A stretch of 63,768 nt of DNA, the filler included, from Candidatus Delongbacteria bacterium (lineage in GTDB: Bacteria; UBA4055), in NCBI GenBank assembly GCA_016937995.1. It is 5 parts of 5 records of this genome, joined end to end, with 100 filler letters (N's around TTAATTAATTAA, not from the genome) between each part and the next. Parts side by side here need not be neighbours in the genome. Positions count along the whole stretch, not along the records: positions 57,375 to 60,318 come from JAFGVM010000092.1; positions 60,419 to 63,768 come from JAFGVM010000015.1; 3 more parts are not named here. The stretch is one strand, 5' to 3'. Of this stretch, positions 57,275 through 63,768 are shown piece by piece; position 1 is the stretch's first letter; each line of letters begins with the position of its first letter. Made by a program: the position numbers and the translations under genes. The notes below the pieces were generated by a model. It searched no databases, was not told the DNA's origin, and was given only the letters and a program-made list of their open reading frames with translations.

Positions 57275-57374
57275 NNNNNNNNNNNNNNNNNNNNNNNNNN
57301 NNNNNNNNNNNNNNNNNNTTAATTAATTAANNNNNNNNNNNNNNNNNNNNNNNNNNNNNNNNNNNNNNNNNNNN
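57275..57374. other. Artificial contig linker
   Basis: N44-TTAATTAATTAA-N44. Confidence 0.99.
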
Positions 57375-57524
57375 CACCATAAGTGTATCACCAAGATTGA
57401 AAACTCTTAACCCGTCATCAGAGATCGAAAATACAGGTTCTCCTATATTATCCTTTATCTCAAAAAGTGTTTCAGCACTTAGACTGATCAAAAATATCAA
57501 AAAAGTTAGCGTAATTTTCTTCAT
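57375..57524 (-). CDS. 5' fragment of third fibre-protein paralog
   Basis: Signal peptide then LFEIKD...VF.I.DDGLRVFNLGDTLMV, as in 57534-59018. Confidence 0.85.
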
Positions 57525-57533
57525 AAATGTCAC

Positions 57534-59018
57534 CTATCTGTCTATTTTTGATTTAATTTCTTCTAACTCTCTTCTTAATGATTCATTTTCGCTTTTAAGT
57601 TCTTTGACTGCTTCGATCAATAAAGCTGTGATAGGAGCATATTGCATTCCATACGAATCATTTTCTACGTTATAATCCACAACTTCAGGGATCACTTTCT
57701 CTGCTTCTTGTGCAATAAAACCCATTTGCCTACCTGTTTCATACTTTTCTCCTGCATCCCATTCAAAAGTTACACCTCTCAGCTTTGATACTTTATCGAG
57801 TGATGAATCTATAGTCTTAATATTCTTCTTTTTTCTCTTATCACTGTCATTGTACCATGAAGAAGTTCCTCCGGCTGTACCGTATACAAAAAATTTTCTG
57901 TCATTACCGTTATCTCCATCATTCCCGTCTATGACCACCTGCCTCGGAAAATCGAATTTTCCAAATACCAGTGGCCAGTTGGTGTCACTATTATCAATGA
58001 AAAGCTTATTAGAACCCTCCTGGTAATAACCGGCTCTGTTACCTATGAAAATATTTCCGTATCCTGAAGTATTTGAATATCCGGATCTCTCACCTATGAA
58101 TATATTCTGTGATCCGTAATCTGTTCCATATCCTGAATAATAGCCGATCATAATATTACTGCTCGCACTGTCAAGCTGGCTTCCTGCGTAATTTCCGAAA
58201 AGACAGTTATAATCGTATACAGCTCCGGGTGACCCTGCACCTGCTCTGTTACCGAAAGCGCAATTGGAAGTACCGGTTGTGTTATTTACTCCTGCGTAAT
58301 AACCGAAATAATTATTATAAAGTCCTGTAGTATTATTTGCTCCTGCTCTCTCTCCGAAGAAAGAATTGTGATAAGCTGTAGTGTTGTCATATCCTGTTGC
58401 ATATCCGACAAATGTATTGCCTGCTCCCGTAGATACTCTTCCTGCATGCGTACCGACATAGGTGATAAAGGAAGATGTTGTATTCATAGTACCAGCTTCG
58501 TTTCCAACAAATACATTTGAGGAACCTGACGTATTAGAATTGCCACTGTTGTAACCGATGAAAACATTACTGTTACCTGAACCATTAACAATTCCACTTT
58601 CATTACCCAGAAAGACATTATTGATTCCTTCTATACCATTTGGGATTGTGTTCGAACCTGAATTTAAACCGAGGAAAATATTTTCCGGACTAAAATCAGT
58701 ATACTGAGAACCTTCAACTCCTTCTCTCATTTTTGATTCATCTGTGGTTATCTCCAGTACATCAATATTCCCTGATTTCTTTGATGCAGATGTTGTTACA
58801 CTGAAAGACCGTGAAAGTCCTCTGCCTTTTCCGTCTGAAATATTTGCTCTGATAGAACTGGCGCTGATTACCATTAGCGTATCTCCAAGATTGAAGACTC
58901 TTAATCCGTCATCAGCTATCTGGAAAACCGTGCTGTCATTCTGATCCTTGATCTCAAAAAGCACTTCAGCATTAAGGCAAAAAATTGAAATAATTATAAA
59001 CAGGAGTATTCTCTTCAT
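57534..59018 (-). CDS. Secreted trimeric fibre-like protein with N.F.G..AG repeats and peptidase S74 (intramolecular chaperone) domain
   Basis: Signal peptide; ~14-aa Gly/Asn repeats; SDKRKKKNI, LRGVTFEW, GFIAQE, LIEAVKEL, terminal coiled coil. Confidence 0.88.
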   Translation of the reverse strand: MKRILLFIIISIFCLNAEVLFEIKDQNDSTVFQIADDGLRVFNLGDTLMVISASSIRANISDGKGRGLSRSFSVTTSASKKSGNIDVLEITTDESKMREGVEGSQYTDFSPENIFLGLNSGSNTIPNGIEGINNVFLGNESGIVNGSGNSNVFIGYNSGNSNTSGSSNVFVGNEAGTMNTTSSFITYVGTHAGRVSTGAGNTFVGYATGYDNTTAYHNSFFGERAGANNTTGLYNNYFGYYAGVNNTTGTSNCAFGNRAGAGSPGAVYDYNCLFGNYAGSQLDSASSNIMIGYYSGYGTDYGSQNIFIGERSGYSNTSGYGNIFIGNRAGYYQEGSNKLFIDNSDTNWPLVFGKFDFPRQVVIDGNDGDNGNDRKFFVYGTAGGTSSWYNDSDKRKKKNIKTIDSSLDKVSKLRGVTFEWDAGEKYETGRQMGFIAQEAEKVIPEVVDYNVENDSYGMQYAPITALLIEAVKELKSENESLRRELEEIKSKIDR

Positions 59019-59032
59019 ATTTGGACCCAAAT

Positions 59033-60318
59033 TTATTTATTTTGAATTTTCATATTTTCAACTATTTTTTCTAATTCATTCATCTTTTCTAGAAGTTTGT
59101 CGTTAAGCAATTTTAATTCACTAATTTCGACCTGCTGTTCTTGAATTGATTTTATTAAAACAGGAATGAACTGATTATATACAACTCCTTTCTCTACCTC
59201 TGTAACAATTAACTTACCTGTTTCAGGATCAATATCAATATCCTCCGATACAACAGCTTCAGGCATAATATTTTGTACTTCATCTGGTATAAGTCCAAAC
59301 TTTTTTCTGTCGCTTTTATAAGTGATCGGTCTTAGTTTCATAATCTTTTCAACCCCGGAATCAATGTTTTTTATATCCGATTTACTTCCAAACTTTGAAT
59401 AGTTTATAAAATCATCACCTACAATATCATCCCAATACTCATTCGCTAAATTATTTCCCAGATCATATCCAGCTGATGAACCTAAGTAAGGTACAATATC
59501 ACCATTAAGACCAAGTTTATTATTTCCAAGATTGGCAATTGATAAACCATTCACATTTAAAAAACCATTTATCCTTACATAATCAGAGTCAAAATCTCCA
59601 TAGATCAGAGGAGTTGATGTAGAGGAATTATCAATATACAGTTTATCTGAACCTGTTTCATAATAACCAGCAGAATATCCTAGAAAAACATTTCCTGCTC
59701 CTGAGAGATTAGTTGCTCCGGCAAAAGCTCCTAATAGTGTATTTTCATTCCCTCCTGACTTTGCGTAACCGGTTCCATAACCGAAATACGAATTATAATA
59801 ACCGGTTGTTTGGTCACGGCCTGCTGTATGTCCTAAATAAGAATTTAGATAGCCTGATGCGTTATATTTTCCCGCATAGTTTCCTATGAATAGATTACTA
59901 CTAGCAGTATTGTTCTGTCCAGTTTGATAACCCAAAAAAATATTACTACCTCCGCTGTAATTATAACGACCTGCTTCCATACCTAAAAAAACATTTTTGT
60001 ACCCGGTATTATTCGTTACACCGGCATTATTTCCAATGAACACATTATCTTTTCCTGCAGTGGAACCAGGTACCGTAGCTATTCCTGCATTTTCTCCCAA
60101 GAATATATTGTCAGGACTGAAATATGAAAATCGAGGTCCTTTTGCAGTGCTGGACATTGTTGCATTCTCACCTGTAACATCTAACGAGTGCATATGAGCA
60201 TCTGTGGCTGTTACTTCCAAAGCATTTGTTCCTTTTGACGCTGAAGTTGTTACACTGAATGATCTGGATAATCCCCTGTCTTTGCTGTTATCCAGATTTA
60301 TTTTTGCTTCTGTTGTGC
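59033..60318 (-). CDS. Fibre-like S74-domain paralog, 5' truncated by the contig end
   Basis: Frame open to the contig edge (TTEAKINLDNSKDRGLSRSFSVTTSASK); same repeats; KLRPITY, FGLI..EV, LIKSIQE. Confidence 0.85.
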
Positions 60319-60418
60319 NNNNNNNNNNNNNNNNNNNNNNNNNNNNNNNNNNNNNNNNNNNNTTAATTAATTAANNNNNNNNNNNNNNNNNNNNNNNNNN
60401 NNNNNNNNNNNNNNNNNN
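60319..60418. other. Artificial contig linker
   Basis: N44-TTAATTAATTAA-N44. Confidence 0.99.
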
Positions 60419-60493
60419 ATCACCCTTCACCAGCGTAAGTTAGAAAAGCTAAACAATCTCAAAAAAGCTTACTTAAATGAAATGTTTGTTTAG
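60419..60493 (+). CDS. hsdS: 3' end of type I R-M specificity subunit
   Basis: ITLHQRKLEKLNNLKKAYLNEMFV*, the conserved HsdS terminal helix. Confidence 0.85.
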   Translation: MTLHQRKLEKLNNLKKAYLNEMFV

Positions 60494-60508
60494 AGAAAGG
60501 AGAGACCA

Positions 60509-63500
60509 ATGAGCAATGCACCCAAAAATGCATCAGAAAAAGCTTTTCAGGAAAACTTTGTGAATGAACTAATAAAGTTCAAATGGGAATCTCCTGAATC
60601 CTTGAATGGTAACTTGAAAAAAGTCACAGTAAATGACTTAATCAATCACTGGAGAACAGAGTTAAATCGTATAAATGCCGATCAACTAGAAGGTGTTGAG
60701 TTAACCGATAATGAGTTTAAGCAAGTTATGGCAAAGGTGAGTAGAATTAGCAACAGTTTTGAAGCCACAAAAGTCTTGTCTATGGAAGGTAACAAAGGTA
60801 AGATTGATGGTATTTATAGGGACGCTCATCCTGATGTGACTCGTAATCAAATCACCCTTACAATTCTAAAAAAAGCTGAAGTTAGTGGCGGTGATTCAAG
60901 TTATAGAATAGCAAGAGAAGTTGAAACTGAAAACGGTAACCGATTTGATCTTGTTTTACTAATTAATGGCCTTCCCCTAATTAATATTGAGCAAAAGCGT
61001 ACAGATAAATCATTAGATGAGGCCTATGGTCAATTTATAAGATATTATCGAGACGGTGAGTACTCAAATAACTTTATGGCCTTTTCTCAAATGATGGTTA
61101 TAACCACAGAGATTGAGACAAAATACTTTGCTACACCTAAAACGATCAATGATTTTAATCCATCATTTGTATTTAACTGGGCAGATAAAAACAATAAACC
61201 AGTCAATGATTGGAAGGATGTTGTTGGGAAGTTCTTAATGATTCCCATGGCCCATCAAATGGTTGGGGATTATTTGGTAATTGATGAAGCTAAGGAAGAA
61301 GAAAACCGTAAGCATATGTTAATGAGACCCTATCAGGTATATGCCTTACAGGCCGTTGAAGGTGCAGCGTTTGGGTTTGATAACAAAGAACGAATTCCCC
61401 ATGGCGGGTTCATATGGCACACAACAGGTAGTGGTAAGACAATAACAAGTTTTAAAACAGCCTTATTCTTAGCTACACGGGCTGGTTTTGATAAGGTAGT
61501 CTTTTTAGTTGATCGTCGAGAGCTGGATAGTAGAACAAGTGAAAATTTCATGGCTTATGCTGCTTATGAGCCTGTTGATGTAGATGATACTAAGCATACT
61601 TATCAATTAAAGAAGAAATTAAAAATTGAAAAGCCTGGGATAATCGTTACGACTACATTCAAGTTAAATATGCTTGTTAAAGAGTTGGTAGAAGCAAAAG
61701 ACAGCTCAATTTCTGACAAAAGAATCGTCTTCATTATTGATGAAGCCCATCGAACGACAATGGGTACAATGATGGGTGAAATTAAAGCGTACTTTAAGAA
61801 CAAGGGGCTATTCTTTGGTTTTACTGGAACACCACTCTTTGATGAGAATAATGTAAAGGGAAAGATTAACGAAAAAAGTGAAGTAATAGACACAACAGAA
61901 AAGCTATTTGGTCCGAAGCTGCACCAATATTCTATTGATGAAGCTATTGCTGATGGTAATGTGCTTGGTTTTAATGTTGATTTTGTTAATACGGGAGAAT
62001 TCAAGAGTCATGACGATTTAAGAGATCAACTCATATTAGAAATCAAATCCGACAAACCTGACAGAGCTGATAGAGAAATTGAAAGGGAAGTACAAGCCTT
62101 AAGCCTAGCAGATGTTGAAAGACGTGCAAAAAAATACGGTCTTTTAGTTTATCAAGATGAAACACATATACCAAGAGTAGTTACCTCAATACTCGATAAC
62201 TGGGACCACCAGTCTATGAAAAAAGAATTTAATGCCATATTAACAGTTGCATATAAAAACCGTGTGATTGCTTATTATGATGAGTTTAAAAAACAGTTAG
62301 AAGAAAGTGATATGAAACTTAATATCGCTATGACTTTTAGTTTTGGTAATGAAAATGACCCAGAGAGTGTGCCCTTAGACTTAGTTAAACGAATGTTTAA
62401 AGAATATGCTGATTTTACTGGTATTGAGTTCATTGCTGGTGATCGAAAACATGGTGAAATGGCTTATTTTGAAGATATTATAGCAAGAACACCTAGGGGC
62501 GGTAGTGGAAGAAACGATAAGAATATTGATCTTGTTATCGTTGCCGATCAGTTGTTGACTGGGTACGACTCAAAAAGGCTTAATACACTTTATGTTGACA
62601 GATCACTAGAACTTCAAGGTTTAATACAAGCCTACTCAAGAACTAACCGAATCTTTGGTAAAGAAAAAGAATTTGGTTCAATTGTAAACTACCAATACCC
62701 CGAAATTACTAGGGAAACTGTAGATATTGCATTGAAGCTTTACGGAAGTGGTGGAAGCAGTAGTAAGGCTATAGTTGATACCTATGAAAATGCGGTAAGG
62801 AAGCTGAAGATTTGTATTGATGAAATGATACCAACCCTTCCAGAACCGTCGGATTGGAAAACACTAGAGTCTAATGATCAAGCTAAAGAGTTGTTCTTAT
62901 TAACTTTCCGTGATGCAGCAGCACAGCTTAACTCTGTGCAACAATATTACGAATATCAATGGGTTGATCTGAATTTTGGCATAGATGAGCATACATGGCT
63001 TAAATATGTAGGAGCTTATAGAAACCTTACAAAAGATAAGGGACCAGGGCCTGATCCTGTGGTAATCAGACCACTAGTTGGTAGAACAAAACTGTCAGGA
63101 ACTCAAGTAATAGATGCAAATCACATACTAAGTCTTATCGGTGGTAAAGTAAGCAATGTAAATGGTATTCAAACAGTCGACGATGAAACATTAAGAATCA
63201 TTCACGAGCAAATTCAAGAATTAAGTGATATGGGTGAAGATAATAAGGCAAATATGCTTCGAGAATTTGTTGACACTATGTTGGTACCAGGTCATTTAGA
63301 GTATGGAGTTTATTTTGATGATGCCTTTAATGCTTGGAAACTTGATAAGTTAAAGACTGATGTAAACGACTTAGCAGATCGTTGGGGAATTTGTCACAAT
63401 TGGCTTCTAAAGTCTGTTCAGTCCTTCTCAGCAAGTAAACCAACAATTATGCCTTTCATTGATGAAATAACAAAGAGTGTAGACTATGAAAAAGCAAGTG

Positions 63501-63592
63501 ATAAATCGGCAGGTAGTAAATTAAAGCACATTATGACTATGACTACAGTATTACCTGGCAGAATCATGGAGCTCAAGCTTAAGTATGAATAA
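60509..63592 (+). CDS. hsdR: Type I restriction endonuclease subunit R
   Basis: RFDLVLLINGLPLINIEQK nuclease motif, HTTGSGKT, DEAH, FTGTP, LTGYD, QAYSRTNR; AGGAG SD. Confidence 0.96.
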   Translation: MSNAPKNASEKAFQENFVNELIKFKWESPESLNGNLKKVTVNDLINHWRTELNRINADQLEGVELTDNEFKQVMAKVSRISNSFEATKVLSMEGNKGKIDGIYRDAHPDVTRNQITLTILKKAEVSGGDSSYRIAREVETENGNRFDLVLLINGLPLINIEQKRTDKSLDEAYGQFIRYYRDGEYSNNFMAFSQMMVITTEIETKYFATPKTINDFNPSFVFNWADKNNKPVNDWKDVVGKFLMIPMAHQMVGDYLVIDEAKEEENRKHMLMRPYQVYALQAVEGAAFGFDNKERIPHGGFIWHTTGSGKTITSFKTALFLATRAGFDKVVFLVDRRELDSRTSENFMAYAAYEPVDVDDTKHTYQLKKKLKIEKPGIIVTTTFKLNMLVKELVEAKDSSISDKRIVFIIDEAHRTTMGTMMGEIKAYFKNKGLFFGFTGTPLFDENNVKGKINEKSEVIDTTEKLFGPKLHQYSIDEAIADGNVLGFNVDFVNTGEFKSHDDLRDQLILEIKSDKPDRADREIEREVQALSLADVERRAKKYGLLVYQDETHIPRVVTSILDNWDHQSMKKEFNAILTVAYKNRVIAYYDEFKKQLEESDMKLNIAMTFSFGNENDPESVPLDLVKRMFKEYADFTGIEFIAGDRKHGEMAYFEDIIARTPRGGSGRNDKNIDLVIVADQLLTGYDSKRLNTLYVDRSLELQGLIQAYSRTNRIFGKEKEFGSIVNYQYPEITRETVDIALKLYGSGGSSSKAIVDTYENAVRKLKICIDEMIPTLPEPSDWKTLESNDQAKELFLLTFRDAAAQLNSVQQYYEYQWVDLNFGIDEHTWLKYVGAYRNLTKDKGPGPDPVVIRPLVGRTKLSGTQVIDANHILSLIGGKVSNVNGIQTVDDETLRIIHEQIQELSDMGEDNKANMLREFVDTMLVPGHLEYGVYFDDAFNAWKLDKLKTDVNDLADRWGICHNWLLKSVQSFSASKPTIMPFIDEITKSVDYEKASDKSAGSKLKHIMTMTTVLPGRIMELKLKYE

Positions 63593-63648
63593 AGTAGTCA
63601 TAAAAGTGATGAAATTTGAATGATGTAATACAATATTTGTCTTAACAG

Positions 63649-63675
63649 AAGAGCAAGTTAATTCTTGCTCTTTTT
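63649..63675 (+). terminator. Intrinsic terminator after hsdR
   Basis: AAGAGCAAG-TTAATT-CTTGCTCTT-TTT. Confidence 0.75.
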
Positions 63676-63677
63676 GA

Positions 63678-63768
63678 GTTTCTTGGGAACAGTGTAAGTT
63701 AGAAGATATCGCAGATATTATTGGTGGCGGAACACCAAGCACAAGTAATATGGAGTACTGGGATGGGA
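63678..63768 (+). pseudogene. hsdS: Start-less hsdS target-recognition-domain cassette (runs off the window)
   Basis: VSWEQCKLEDIADIIGGGTPSTSNMEYWDG directly after an in-frame TGA (63675-63677), with no start codon or SD. Confidence 0.75.

Noticed and set aside
57375-60318. Prophage call based on tail-fibre/S74 domains
   Set aside because: The proteins have signal peptides and no capsid, terminase, portal or integrase genes are present
57534-60318. Diversity-generating retroelement acting on the fibre genes
   Set aside because: No reverse transcriptase, and no template/variable repeat pair differing only at adenines was seen
16279-60418. Four identical TTAATTAATTAA palindromes within N runs
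   Set aside because: Artificial contig-joining linkers with six-frame stops, not biological repeats; the ORF-track entry 57327-57533 that runs into Ns is an artefact of one of them
63585-63680. TGA read-through ORF from ATG 63585 (overlapping the hsdR stop) into the hsdS cassette, which has two in-frame TGAs
   Set aside because: The 1027-codon hsdR has no internal TGA, the extension does not resemble an HsdS N-terminus, and it crosses a terminator; genes elsewhere in the window (dsbD, CPA2 copy 2) stop at TGA
1054-63742. Many short ORFs antisense to or overlapping real genes (e.g. 1217-1657, 4050-4355, 10271-10543, 34460-34900, 45531-45920, 61603-62004, 63551-63742)
   Set aside because: Shadow frames of well-supported genes, with no SD, motifs or independent evidence

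Overview
Low-GC bacterial draft-genome or MAG sequence. It consists of five contigs (1-16278, 16379-31754, 31855-57274, 57375-60318, 60419-63768) joined by artificial 100-nt linkers (N44-TTAATTAATTAA-N44), so adjacency across linkers means nothing. The gene content (beta-barrels, MlaD, DsbD, NYPNPFNP-type secretion tails) points to a diderm FCB-group organism. Candidatus Delongbacteria/Cloacimonadota-like is an inference only. It uses canonical sigma70 promoters and Shine-Dalgarno sites. Contigs 1-2 are mostly housekeeping (hslO, rnhB, der, trxA, dsbD, rne/rng, elbB, nadK, cdd, rlmN, tRNA-Asn). They also carry a DUF2089/DUF4097/SHOCT-like envelope-stress operon, signalling proteins with no output domain (one behind a sigma54 promoter), and three porin-like genes, two of which share a conserved promoter and leader. 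Contig 3 is accessory and rich in REP-like palindromes. It holds an MMPL/LolA-like/beta-barrel trio, two copies of a PTS-EIIA + PII-like + CPA2 antiporter module (split in one copy, fused in the other), and two divergent secreted cysteine proteases that share an unnamed ~70-aa C-terminal domain. Contig 4 is a tandem array of signal-peptide-bearing fibre proteins with S74 chaperone domains. Contig 5 is a type I R-M fragment with a start-less hsdS cassette after hsdR. The best candidates for undescribed biology are the EIIA/PII-like/CPA2 module, the DDPYG...KKFY C-terminal domain and the porin leader. All family assignments come from reading motifs by eye, with no database searches.
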